Below, one piece after another: positions 50,194 to 59,342 of a DNA stretch of 64,000 bases (its first letter is position 1; the number at the start of each line of letters is the position of its first letter). The translations under genes were made by a program, and so were the position numbers. The DNA comes from an uncultured Chloroflexia bacterium (lineage in GTDB: Bacteria; Chloroflexota; Dehalococcoidia; DSTF01; JALHUB01). The notes beneath the pieces are model-generated. The model was not told the origin of the DNA. It saw nothing but the letters and a program-made list of their open reading frames with translations, and ran no database searches. The stretch is from assembly GCA_963703345.1 (NCBI GenBank), contig OY969814.1, positions 640,001-704,000 on the forward strand. Direction: 5' to 3'.

Positions 50194-50856
50194 ATGAGTG
50201 GTGGCGGAGGTCCCGTCCGAATACCCCGTCGTTTGCCCCGCTGGAGCCCGTTGCTGGCTTCCGGTATAGCTCTTGCCGCTGCCGGTGTCTTCATCCTGCT
50301 CGTCTCGCTGGCGCACGTGGACGTTCCCGCGGCCGGCGAAGACGCCTTCTCGAACGACTCCGTCCCGTCGCCCGCCGCTTCGCCCACGTCAGTCGCCCAG
50401 GTCGACCGCCTCGTCATCCCAGCCATAAGCCTCGACGCGCCTGTAACGCCGAAAGCGGTGGACGGTGACGGCCAGATGCCTTCGCCTGACGGCCCCCAGC
50501 AGGTCGTCTTCTACGACTTCTCCGCCTGGCCCGGCCTCGGCGGCAGCCCGGGCGAGGGCGGCAATACCGTTCTTGCCGGCCACGTCGATTACCACGACTA
50601 CGGACCGGCCGTCTTCGCGAAGCTGAACGACCTCAGGGAAGGGGATCGGATTACAGTCCGACTTCGCGACGGCACCGAATACGAATACACCACGCAGTCT
50701 AATCGCGTCGTCAACCCGTCCTCCACGTCCTTCGACGAGATCGTCGCCGCCACGCCGGAAGAATCACTCACCCTGATTACCTGCGCCGGCGCCTTCGATT
50801 CGAGCACGCACCAATACGACGAGAGGCGTATAGTATGGGCCGTTCGCGCAGGCTAA
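50194..50856 (+). CDS. Class F sortase 2
   Basis: GNTVLAGHVD, LTLITC and YDERR. Confidence 0.92.
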   Translation: MSGGGGPVRIPRRLPRWSPLLASGIALAAAGVFILLVSLAHVDVPAAGEDAFSNDSVPSPAASPTSVAQVDRLVIPAISLDAPVTPKAVDGDGQMPSPDGPQQVVFYDFSAWPGLGGSPGEGGNTVLAGHVDYHDYGPAVFAKLNDLREGDRITVRLRDGTEYEYTTQSNRVVNPSSTSFDEIVAATPEESLTLITCAGAFDSSTHQYDERRIVWAVRAG

Positions 50857-51632
50857 TAGCTTCCCTGAGGCGGACACGAAGGCGCACCGTCGAGCTCTTC
50901 CGGCGCTATCCGCGTGTTGCCTTCCCCGTTAGCGGCACCGTCGCTTTCGGTCTCGTGGCCCTCGCCGTCTTCGTCGTCCTCGTTCTCACCCCGGGCGGCG
51001 GCTCCTCCTCGAGCAGCGACGTCCTCGCCGACAGCACCACAGCTACGCCCGACTCGACGCTGACGCCGACTCCCACGGCCACCCCTACGACTGCGCCCGA
51101 CGCCATTGAGGCCGCCGCAGCGCCGTCGTCCGCCGGCTCGAGCGCCCAGGGCTCGTCCTCAGAAGGCCCGGCGTCGGATAGCGGCATGCGCTTCAAGATC
51201 CCGTCCATCGGCGTCGACGCCCCCGTCACCATTCGCGTCATGGGCAGCGACGGCGTCATGGGCGAGCCCAACGGCCGCTTCGACGTCGTCTGGTACGACT
51301 TCAGCGCTTTCCCGGGCATGGGCGGCTACCCGGGCTCCGGTGGCAACGCCGTCTTCGCCGGTCACGTCGACTACCATCCGCACTACGAGGCCGTCCTCTG
51401 GGACCTTCATCTCGTCGGACCCGGCGACCTCATCGAAATCGACCTTCCCGACGGCACGCCCATCCGCTACTCCGTGCAGTGGAGCAAGCAGATCGGCGAC
51501 GACGAAGACTTCAGCACCTATGTCAGCCAGACCGGCGAGGACCTCATAACCATCGTGACCTGCCAGGGAACGTTCAACTCTGCCACCCATAACTATGACC
51601 ACCGCCTCGTCGTCCGCGGCATACGCCAGTGA
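50835..51632 (+). CDS. Class F sortase 3
   Basis: GNAVFAGHVD, ITIVTC and YDHRL. Confidence 0.92.
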   Translation: MGRSRRLIASLRRTRRRTVELFRRYPRVAFPVSGTVAFGLVALAVFVVLVLTPGGGSSSSSDVLADSTTATPDSTLTPTPTATPTTAPDAIEAAAAPSSAGSSAQGSSSEGPASDSGMRFKIPSIGVDAPVTIRVMGSDGVMGEPNGRFDVVWYDFSAFPGMGGYPGSGGNAVFAGHVDYHPHYEAVLWDLHLVGPGDLIEIDLPDGTPIRYSVQWSKQIGDDEDFSTYVSQTGEDLITIVTCQGTFNSATHNYDHRLVVRGIRQ

Positions 51633-51703
51633 GAAGCCCTCTAGTGCCACCCCAGGAGCTCCGATAGAATGAAACAAGTGAACAAGCGGGACATGGCAGT
51701 GCT

Positions 51704-52426
51704 TTGAAGTTTCGACCGTCCTCCCACGCAAACTCTGACCGCCTGAGCCGGCTCTCCGTCATCGTGATGGCGCTGGGCATCGCCGCCCTGCTGGCCTCCG
51801 GCGTACTCTTCGGCCTCTCCGCCACCGGCATCATCGGCAACGGTGGCTTGGGCAGCGGCCCGGGCACCGTCAGCGGCTTCGGCAACCTCACGCCCGAGCC
51901 CTGGACGCCGCCGCCCGCGCTGCCGACACCCGACAACTCGCCGCTGACCCGACTCGTCATCTCCAAGGCGAAGGTCGACGCCAACCTCGTCACCCTCGGC
52001 CTCGACGAGAACGGCGTCATGCAATCACCCAACAACGCCTACGACGTCGCCTGGTACGACTTCAGCGCCAGGCCCGGCGCCGGCGGCAACGCCGTATTCT
52101 CCGGCCACGTCGACTATCACAACGTCGGCGCCGCTGTCTTCTGGAATCTGCGCGACCTCCTGCCCGGCGACGTAATAGAAGTCCACCTGGCGGACGGCGC
52201 CGTCTACCGCTACTCCATCGACGCCCTGAACTGCATCCCCGTCGACGGCGCGCCGATAAACCAGATCGTCGGTCCCACCTCCAGCGAGGTCGTCACCCTC
52301 ATCACCTGCTGCGGCACCTTCAATAGCTCCACGCGCCAGTACGACAAGCGCCTCATCATCCGCGGCGAGCGCCTCGTCGACGCCACGCCCACGCCCGTTC
52401 CCGAAACGCTTCCGCCGCTTTCCTAG
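51704..52426 (+). CDS. Class F sortase 4
   Basis: GNAVFSGHVD, VTLITC and YDKRL. Confidence 0.92.
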   Translation: MKFRPSSHANSDRLSRLSVIVMALGIAALLASGVLFGLSATGIIGNGGLGSGPGTVSGFGNLTPEPWTPPPALPTPDNSPLTRLVISKAKVDANLVTLGLDENGVMQSPNNAYDVAWYDFSARPGAGGNAVFSGHVDYHNVGAAVFWNLRDLLPGDVIEVHLADGAVYRYSIDALNCIPVDGAPINQIVGPTSSEVVTLITCCGTFNSSTRQYDKRLIIRGERLVDATPTPVPETLPPLS

Positions 52427-52475
52427 GCCGCCCGGCGCCTGTGCTATAATCTAGCTTGCCATTGGGAGCCCCGGC

Positions 52476-52565
52476 GGAGAGGTGTCCGAGTGGTTTATGG
52501 TGCCGCTCTCGAAAAGCGGTGTCCTGGCAACGGGACCGGGGGTTCGAATCCCTCCCTCTCCGCCA
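52476..52565 (+). tRNA. tRNA-Ser(CGA)
   Basis: GGAGAGG acceptor stem, CCGCT-CTCGAAA-AGCGG anticodon arm, long variable arm, GGTTCGAATCC and a CCA end. Confidence 0.95.
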
Positions 52566-52649
52566 TCGACAAGAACGTAGCCGAGACTTTCTAGTCTCGG
52601 CGTCTAATTCACTGGTCGAATCTTGGAGCCCTGGCCGGGGCACTTGGGC

Positions 52650-52737
52650 GGAGAGGTGCTGGAGTGGCCGATCAGGCACGCCTGGAGAGCGTGTGACCTT
52701 TCGGGGTCCGTGGGTTCGAATCCCACCCTCTCCGCCA
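52650..52737 (+). tRNA. tRNA-Ser(GGA)
   Basis: CACGC-CTGGAGA-GCGTG anticodon arm, variable arm, T-loop and a CCA end. Confidence 0.95.
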
Positions 52738-52794
52738 ATCAAGAAACGGCTCGCCGGTCGTTGCGCGCTGAAGAACCGATGAAGCGAAGAAGCC

Positions 52795-53232
52795 GTGAGT
52801 GAAGCTCGGGGAACCAAGTGCTGGCTCGTCGTGATATCAAAAGACCACGTAGAAATCGGCAAGAAGCTTGGCATCGTCCAGGCTAATCATGGCAAAGCCG
52901 CTCCCATGAAGCGGCTGAGACCCGGCGATTTAGTCGTCTTCTATTCCCCCAAGCTCCGTTTTCAGGGCAAGGAACCGTTGAAGAAGTTCACGGCTATCGC
53001 CCGCGTGAAAGAAGGCGAAGTGTATGAGGGAGACATGGGTGGTGGCCTCCGGTCTTACCGCCGGGACGCCGACTATCTTCCCTGCAACGAAGTTGACGCT
53101 TTGCCGCTCATTCCGGAGCTCAGTTTCATAAGAAACAAGCAAGCGTGGGGCTATGTCTTCAGATTCGGTCTTCTTGAGGTGCCGAAGCAAGATTTTGAGA
53201 CTATCTCCAGGAAGATGACGAAGGAAGGCTGA
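52795..53232 (+). CDS. EVE domain protein
   Basis: WLVVISKDHV, QANHGK, GDLVVFYSP and WGYVFRFG motifs. Confidence 0.85.
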   Translation: MSEARGTKCWLVVISKDHVEIGKKLGIVQANHGKAAPMKRLRPGDLVVFYSPKLRFQGKEPLKKFTAIARVKEGEVYEGDMGGGLRSYRRDADYLPCNEVDALPLIPELSFIRNKQAWGYVFRFGLLEVPKQDFETISRKMTKEG

Positions 53233-53267
53233 ACGACGCCACAGGGTTACCTCCGGCTCATCCTCGA

Positions 53268-53435
53268 ATGAAGATCAACAGGGAATGGCACGGAAAGAAC
53301 CGGATGCCGACGAACCCGACGCTTGCGCAGCGCATGGAGTGGCACGTGGCTCACGCCGCTAGCTGCTCCTGATGCCCCATCCTCCACAGGCTCCGCGCCG
53401 AAATCGAGCGCTTCCGAGCTGACAGAATGTCCTGA
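53268..53435 (+). pseudogene. Small His/Cys protein with an in-frame TGA at 53370 (nonsense or selenocysteine)
   Basis: MKINREWHGKNRMPTNPTLAQRMEWHVAHAASCS*CPILHRLRAEIERFRADRMS*. Confidence 0.5.
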
Positions 53436-53543
53436 GTCTCTCCAGACGACTTCGACAGGCCCTCGCCTCGGCAAGCGTCGCACTATTTGTCCAAACGATC
53501 AGCCTGCTGGCGTCTCAATTGAGACTACTGGCAAAATAGAGCT

Positions 53544-54110
53544 ATGGACAGGTTTGCCGGTGCCTTCATACTTGCCTGCTGGGCCGCCGCCCTCGGCTAC
53601 GTCTTCATCTCCGCCTTCAGCACGAAGCGGACGGTCGAGAGAGTCAGTTGGTGGTGGCGCATTCCTTTACTGCTGATAGCGGTCATCGTAATCCGCCTCC
53701 TCCCGGGCCTCGGCGGAGCTCAGTCCGGCGCCGTATTCTGGAAGCGCTCGCCGGCGGAAGAGATTACCGCCGATGCCGTCGCCTTCCTCGGGCTTGTCGT
53801 CGCCATCTGGGCGCGGACCGTCCTCGGCGGCAACTGGAGCACCGGTATAGCGTTCAAGGAGCACCAGGAGCTTGTCGAACGCGGCCCCTACCGATACGTT
53901 CGTCACCCACTGTACAGCGGTATCTTGCTCCTCTCCCTGAGCCTAGCGATATGGTTCGGCAACCTGACCGGCATCGCCATCTTCGTCATCATGTTCGCTG
54001 GGTTCTGGCTTCGTAGCCGCGAGGAGGAGAAGCTGCTGACGAGGCACTTTCCCGTCGCTTACCCCGCGTACAAGCGACGGACGAGGGCCCTCATCCCGTT
54101 CGTCTTCTGA
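53544..54110 (+). CDS. Isoprenylcysteine carboxyl methyltransferase family membrane protein
   Basis: LGGNWS, GPYRYVRHPLY, EEKLL and YPAYKRRT motifs. Confidence 0.88.
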   Translation: MDRFAGAFILACWAAALGYVFISAFSTKRTVERVSWWWRIPLLLIAVIVIRLLPGLGGAQSGAVFWKRSPAEEITADAVAFLGLVVAIWARTVLGGNWSTGIAFKEHQELVERGPYRYVRHPLYSGILLLSLSLAIWFGNLTGIAIFVIMFAGFWLRSREEEKLLTRHFPVAYPAYKRRTRALIPFVF

Positions 54111-54123
54111 GGAGGGCAAAACC

Positions 54124-54154
54124 AAGACAGGGCCCGCAGTAAAGGTCCTGTCTT
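54124..54154. terminator. Hairpin between convergent genes
   Basis: AAGACAGGGCC...GGTCCTGTCTT. Confidence 0.6.
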
Positions 54155-54181
54155 CCCCTGGAACGGCTGCGGTTGGCCAGC

Positions 54182-54649
54182 CTAGCGCCGCGGCCGACGA
54201 CGCTTCGTCATGAACTCGTGCTTCCGACGTGCCTCCTCCTGGCCCTCCGTCATCCCCTCCCTGCCCTCCACCCACGCGTCGCCGAGGCGCTCCCGCAGCG
54301 TGCGCCAGGCGCTCTGAGCGCCGAACACGATGGCGCCCGCAATCGACGACACTCTCTCCTTCGCCACCTGCGCCCGCAGGAGCCCTTCCCTTTCGATCCG
54401 CTCGCGAAGCTCCCTCGGCTCGCCCGGAGGTTCAAGCTGCGAGCCCTTCTCGCCCTTGAGGGGCGCCAGCAGCATCGCCAGCGCCGCCCCGACGATCGCG
54501 CCGCTGAGTATCCCGCCGCAGAACCCGTGACACTTCCCACCGCAACACCTCTCGCAGCCGCAGCCGGCCTCGTGCTCCTCCGCAGCGGCCTCTTCGACCG
54601 GTTCCTCGCCGGCGGGCGCCCGCTCGTCGTCGCTATTCGTCTCGTCCAT
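54182..54649 (-). CDS. YtxH-like protein
   Basis: GFCGGILSGAIVGAALAMLLAPLKG motif. Confidence 0.65.
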   Translation of the reverse strand: MDETNSDDERAPAGEEPVEEAAAEEHEAGCGCERCCGGKCHGFCGGILSGAIVGAALAMLLAPLKGEKGSQLEPPGEPRELRERIEREGLLRAQVAKERVSSIAGAIVFGAQSAWRTLRERLGDAWVEGREGMTEGQEEARRKHEFMTKRRRPRR

Positions 54650-54680
54650 CAGTCAGCCTCCGGTCCGTCTCGGAACGACT

Positions 54681-55004
54681 CTACGCCCGACGCTTTCGCC
54701 GGCCCAGCCCAAGCAGCGCCATCACACCGCGGCGCACAGCCGTGACGACGCCGTAAAGGCGGATAATCGGGCTCACGGTCGTATCGGCGATGAAGGCGGT
54801 CGTGCCGCGAATGTCGTCCACCACCTGTCTGGCCGAGTCCAGCGTCGGCGACACCTGCCCCTTCAGCACGGTCTTCGTCGCGCTGATCAGCCCCTTCGCC
54901 GCGACTCCGACGACGATGACCATGACAAGCGTCACGATCAGGACCAGCGCCGTAAGGCAGCCGGCGACGATTATCACGATGTCCCGGATGTCCTGGAGAT
55001 TCAT
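54681..55004 (-). CDS. DUF948-like membrane protein
   Basis: N-terminal TM and amphipathic helix. Typical neighbour of YtxH genes. Confidence 0.6.
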   Translation of the reverse strand: MNLQDIRDIVIIVAGCLTALVLIVTLVMVIVVGVAAKGLISATKTVLKGQVSPTLDSARQVVDDIRGTTAFIADTTVSPIIRLYGVVTAVRRGVMALLGLGRRKRRA

Positions 55005-55051
55005 GTGCCACGCCTCCTTGTAGGGGAGGACTTCAGTCCTCCCGCGACTTC

Positions 55052-56137
55052 CTAATCGCCACGTATCGTCGCCGGGAAGCTTCTCGCGATGGTCCCGCCG
55101 CCGATAACCTGCTCTCCATCATAGAATACCGCAGCTTGACCCGGCGTGATCGCCCGCTGCGGCTCTCGAAATCGCACCGACGCGCAGTCGCCGCGCACCG
55201 ACAGCGTCGCCGCAACGGCCGGCGCCCGATACCGCACCTGCGCTTGAGTTACTGTCTCGCCCTCCGGCGCCCTGCCGTCGACCCAGCGCAGTTCCTCCGC
55301 CAGCAGGCCGTCGCACAGCAGGTCCTCCTCGCCGCCGATAGTGACGGCGTTCGCCTTGCTGTCTATTGCAACAACATAGCGCCTCTCGCCCAGGGCCACG
55401 CCTAGGCCGTGTCGCTGCCCCACGGTGTAGCCGCCGACGCCGCCGTGCCTGCCGACGACGCGACCCGCCGTGTCGCGGATATCGCCCGGCTCCTGTCGCA
55501 CGCGCCCGTCGATGAACGCGCGATAGTCATCGCCGACGAAGCATATCTCGAAGCTGTCGCGCTTCTCCGCGACCGGCAGCCCCATCTCCGCCGCCATCCG
55601 TCGCACCGCCGTCTTGCGGAGCTCGCCTATCGGGAAGAGCAGCCGCGATAGCTCCGCCTGCCCTACCGTGAACAACGCGTACGACTGGTCCTTCGTTTCG
55701 TCGACTGCGCGCAGCAGCCGATACTCTCCGCCTTCGCGACGAATTCGCGCGTAGTGGCCGGTCGCCAGGTAGTCCGCGCCCATCTCCATTGCGCGCTCCA
55801 GCAGCTGCTTGAACTTCACGCGGTCGTTGCAGGCCAGACAGGGATTCGGCGTCCGCCCGCGCTCGTAATCGCGACAGAAGTAGTCCACCACCTCTTCCTC
55901 GAACTCCCGCTCGAGGTTGATCACCTGGTGCGGGATGCCCAGCACGCCGCAGACTGCCCGCGCGTCGTCGGCCCCGAGCACGCAGCAGCCGCTATTCGGC
56001 GCGGCTGGACCCGCGTCCTCGCTCCACAGGCGCATCGTCACGCCGCGGACGTTGTACCCCGCGCGCAGCAGCAGCGCCGCCGCCACCGACGAATCGACGC
56101 CGCCGCTCATCGCAACAATGACACGTTTTCGGCTCAT
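55052..56137 (-). CDS. mnmA: tRNA 2-thiouridylase MnmA
   Basis: AMSGGVDSS, TPNPCLACN, ATGHYAR, KDQSY and TPGQAAVFY motifs. Confidence 0.97.
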   Translation of the reverse strand: MSRKRVIVAMSGGVDSSVAAALLLRAGYNVRGVTMRLWSEDAGPAAPNSGCCVLGADDARAVCGVLGIPHQVINLEREFEEEVVDYFCRDYERGRTPNPCLACNDRVKFKQLLERAMEMGADYLATGHYARIRREGGEYRLLRAVDETKDQSYALFTVGQAELSRLLFPIGELRKTAVRRMAAEMGLPVAEKRDSFEICFVGDDYRAFIDGRVRQEPGDIRDTAGRVVGRHGGVGGYTVGQRHGLGVALGERRYVVAIDSKANAVTIGGEEDLLCDGLLAEELRWVDGRAPEGETVTQAQVRYRAPAVAATLSVRGDCASVRFREPQRAITPGQAAVFYDGEQVIGGGTIARSFPATIRGD

Positions 56138-56208
56138 AAACGTTACCCGATAAGAAGCGCCTTTTACGGCGCTGGCGCCATGCTATAATTGTCGGCGGAG
56201 GTGCAAAT

Positions 56209-56553
56209 CTGGAAGCAAACGAACTGGCTCAGCGAGTCGTTGAGCTCCTGTCGGACAAACAGGCAATTGACATTATACTACTCGACATTGGCCAGGTTGC
56301 GAATTTCGCCGACTATTTCGTAATCGCCTCCGCCACCAACCCCCGCCAGATGCAAGCCCTTCTCGACACACTCGATGGTGACCTCAGCGCCGGCGGCGTG
56401 CCGGGCATTCGCCGCGAAGGCGAAGCGGAGTCCGGCTGGGTGCTCCTCGACCTCGGCGATGTCGTCGTCCACCTCTTCGACGCCGAAATGCGCGCCTACT
56501 ACAACCTGGAAGGCCTCTGGAGCCGCGGCGTCTCCGTCGTCCGCTTCCAGTAG
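56209..56553 (+). CDS. rsfS: Ribosome silencing factor RsfS, probable CTG start
   Basis: DKQAIDI, ADYFVIAS, WVLLDLGDVVVHLF and YYNLEGLW. GGAGGT lies 6 nt before CTG at 56209. Confidence 0.9.
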   Translation: MEANELAQRVVELLSDKQAIDIILLDIGQVANFADYFVIASATNPRQMQALLDTLDGDLSAGGVPGIRREGEAESGWVLLDLGDVVVHLFDAEMRAYYNLEGLWSRGVSVVRFQ

Positions 56554-56563
56554 CGGGCGCCCG

Positions 56564-57022
56564 CTACTTCTCGACGATCCACCCCTCGACGCTGCGTTGC
56601 CAATCGACGATGTCCTTCTCGTCGAAGAACAGCGCCGCTTCCCGCGCCGCCGACTCCGGCGAGTCCGACCCGTGCACGACGTTCCGTCCCAAATCGATGC
56701 CGAGGTCGCCGCGAATGCTACCCGGCGCCGCCTTTTTCGGGTCCGTCGCGCCGATCGTCTGTCGCGCCAGCTCGACGGCGTTCTCTCCCTCGAACAGCGC
56801 CGCGATTATCGGCCCCGACGTGATGAAGCCGGTCAGCGCCTTGTAGAACGGCTTGCCGATGTGCTCGGCGTAGTGCTTGGCGGCCAGCGTGCGGTCCATC
56901 TGCGTCATACGCAGCGCCACCAGCTTAAGGCCGCGCCGCTCGAACCGAGCCAGCACCTCGCCGGCCAGTCCCCGCTGCATCGCATCCGGCTTGACCAGTA
57001 TCAACGTCCTCTCAGGCATCAT
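56564..57022 (-). CDS. ndk: Nucleoside diphosphate kinase
   Basis: ERTLILVKPD, PGSIRGD and NVVHGSDS motifs. Confidence 0.97.
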   Translation of the reverse strand: MMPERTLILVKPDAMQRGLAGEVLARFERRGLKLVALRMTQMDRTLAAKHYAEHIGKPFYKALTGFITSGPIIAALFEGENAVELARQTIGATDPKKAAPGSIRGDLGIDLGRNVVHGSDSPESAAREAALFFDEKDIVDWQRSVEGWIVEK

Positions 57023-57082
57023 CTCACTCCTAGCCTAGGTGTCTCGCGCGTATCGTGGCAGGTTGGGCAGAGACGCCCGACC

Positions 57083-57757
57083 TTACGAAACGACTGGCTT
57101 CTGCGGTCCTATCGCCGGCTCACGCAGGTACAGCGGCGACAGCGTCCGCGCGTCGTCGGCCCGTCCCGACGCCAATCGCCGCCAACCGAGGTCCGCCAGG
57201 AACCCAGCCCGACGTCGCACAGGGGCAACCGTTACCGTCTTTCCGGTCGCGTCGAGCATCGTTTGAATGTCGTCATCCTCCTCGCCGCATAAGAGCGCGC
57301 CGGCCGGCGCCTGGCGCAACAGCTCCTCCGGCGTCGACAGCCGCGGCGCTGAAAGCTCCCGCCAATTTTCGCGCGGCCCGTCGTACGCCGCCCACGCGAC
57401 CTCGCCTCGTCCCGCGCGATGCATTGCGCAGACCGGACCGCCGCAGTCGGCGTGCTGGTACGCCTCCGACTCCAGCCGACCCACGGCGACGATCGGGAGC
57501 GCCAGCGCGAAGGCAAGCCCCTTCGCCGTGCTCATCCCGACGCGCAGGCCGGCGTACCCGCCCGGGCCGCTGCAAACGAAGATCGCCTTCAGATCGCCTA
57601 TCTCGATGCCCAGCCGCGCCAAGAGGTCCTGCACCGCAGGCAAGAGCTGAACGGAATGCTGTCGCGCAGAGCGCCACGTCATCTCGCCGCGCAGCCGCCC
57701 CTCGTCGCTTATCGCGATGCTCGCCCAATCGCTCGCCGTGTCGATAGAAAGCTCCAC
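57083..57757 (-). CDS. tsaB: t6A biosynthesis protein TsaB
   Basis: LSIDTAS, GPGGYAGLRVG and PLYLR motifs. GTG start at 57757. Confidence 0.92.
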   Translation of the reverse strand: MELSIDTASDWASIAISDEGRLRGEMTWRSARQHSVQLLPAVQDLLARLGIEIGDLKAIFVCSGPGGYAGLRVGMSTAKGLAFALALPIVAVGRLESEAYQHADCGGPVCAMHRAGRGEVAWAAYDGPRENWRELSAPRLSTPEELLRQAPAGALLCGEEDDDIQTMLDATGKTVTVAPVRRRAGFLADLGWRRLASGRADDARTLSPLYLREPAIGPQKPVVS

Positions 57758-58242
57758 TAGTCCGGCCTTGAACGCTTTGCCGGCGCCCGCGTCAGCCTTT
57801 CCGCCATCTCCCGATAACGCGTTCCCTCCGGCTCCAGCGTTAGCTCCCTTGAGCGCGCGTCCAGCCAGCGGAGGCGCACGAGCAGGCGCTCCGCGGGCAT
57901 CTGCTCCCAGGCGCGGTCCGGCCACTCGACCGCCAGCACGCCGTCGGCCGCGTTCTCCTCCAGCGCCAGCTCCGCCACCTCCTCCGGCGCCTTCAGACGG
58001 TACAGGTCGGCGAGGTACAGCCGCAGCCGCCCCTGGTACTCGTTCACCAGGACGAACGCTGAGCTCTTCACCGGCTCCGCGACGCCCAGGCCGTCGCCGA
58101 TGCCCTGCGCCAGGCAAGTCTTGCCCGCGCCGAGCTCTCCTTGCAACAGGACGATGTCGCCGGGTCGCAGGAGACGGGCCAGCCGCCGGCCGATGCCGCG
58201 CGTCGCCGCCGGGCTATCGGTTCGAAATGTGAGTGGCGCCAT
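57757..58242 (-). CDS. tsaE: t6A biosynthesis ATPase TsaE
   Basis: GELGAGKT, DLYRL and VEW motifs. Confidence 0.93.
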   Translation of the reverse strand: MAPLTFRTDSPAATRGIGRRLARLLRPGDIVLLQGELGAGKTCLAQGIGDGLGVAEPVKSSAFVLVNEYQGRLRLYLADLYRLKAPEEVAELALEENAADGVLAVEWPDRAWEQMPAERLLVRLRWLDARSRELTLEPEGTRYREMAERLTRAPAKRSRPD

Positions 58243-58243
58243 C

Positions 58244-59278
58244 TTACGCCGGTCCGCCGGCGAAGTGGTCCCAGCCGCCGCTCGCGAAGCTCACCCCCCG
58301 CCCGCTCTCATCGACGAAGCGCACGCGGCGCTCCGCATCCTCGACGAGCGAGCCGATGACGGTGATCGGCGTCGCGAAACGGCTGCGCACTCGGTCGACG
58401 ACGGCCGCTGGGCCCGTGAACAGCAGCTCGTAGTCTTCGCCGCCGCCGACAGCCATTGCGACCGCCTCGTCCGGGAAGGTGCGCGCCAGGTGCTCGCTCA
58501 GCGGGATGTCCTTTACCCTGACCACGGCGCCGAGCCCCGACGCCTCGCAGACGTGACGCAGGTCTTGCGCCAGCCCATCGCTGATGTCGATTGCGCAGCG
58601 CACTCCCGCTCGAAGCAGCGCCTGCCCCAGCTCGACGTGCGGCCGCGGACGAAGCTGCGCCCGACGCAGGTAAGCCGCCGCTTCCGGTGAGCAGGGACGG
58701 CTCTCCAGGATGAGTCGCAGTCCTCCCGCCGCGTTCCCCAGCGAGCCGGACACGGCGATGAGGTCGCCGGCATGCGCGGCGTCGCGACGCAGGGCAAGCG
58801 GTTCGCCGCGCTGGCCTTCGCTCGCCCGTCCCGTCAGAGCGACGCTTATCGCCGTCTCTGCCGCGCGCACCACGTCGCCGCCGGCGATAAGGACGCCGTA
58901 TTCGTTGCCAGCGGCGATCATCCCGCGATACAGCGTCAGCACGTCCTCGACGAGGAAGTCCTCCGGCAGCGCCAGCGTCACGAGCGCGTATTCCGGCGTC
59001 CCGCCCATCGCCGCGATGTCGCTGATGTTGGCGGCCATCGCCTTCCAGCCCAGGTCCTCCCACCCGGAGAACTCGCGGGGAAAGTGGACGCCGGCGACGA
59101 GCGTATCCGTCGTTGCCAGGTGGGCTGTGGCGTTGCTTTGCCACAAGGCCGCGTCGTCGCCGATGCCGATGAGCAGCTTGGAGCGCGGGCCGAGCGCCTT
59201 CGATGGCCTCTGTTGCGCGCCGAGCTCCTCTTTGATGCGCTCGATGAGGCCGAACTCTCCCAATTCGGATACTTTCAC
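58244..59278 (-). CDS. thiL: Thiamine-phosphate kinase
   Basis: GEFGLI, GIGDDAA, NISDIAAMGG, DISDGL and GGEDYEL motifs. Confidence 0.96.
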   Translation of the reverse strand: MKVSELGEFGLIERIKEELGAQQRPSKALGPRSKLLIGIGDDAALWQSNATAHLATTDTLVAGVHFPREFSGWEDLGWKAMAANISDIAAMGGTPEYALVTLALPEDFLVEDVLTLYRGMIAAGNEYGVLIAGGDVVRAAETAISVALTGRASEGQRGEPLALRRDAAHAGDLIAVSGSLGNAAGGLRLILESRPCSPEAAAYLRRAQLRPRPHVELGQALLRAGVRCAIDISDGLAQDLRHVCEASGLGAVVRVKDIPLSEHLARTFPDEAVAMAVGGGEDYELLFTGPAAVVDRVRSRFATPITVIGSLVEDAERRVRFVDESGRGVSFASGGWDHFAGGPA

Positions 59279-59342
59279 GCTCTCGATTATACCGTCCGTC
59301 TTCTCTCCCCCTCAACAGCCGCGCTCGGGGTGTTTGGTGGAG

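Noticed and set aside
52356-52874. ORFs spanning the tRNA region
   Set aside because: They overlap two clear tRNA-Ser genes.
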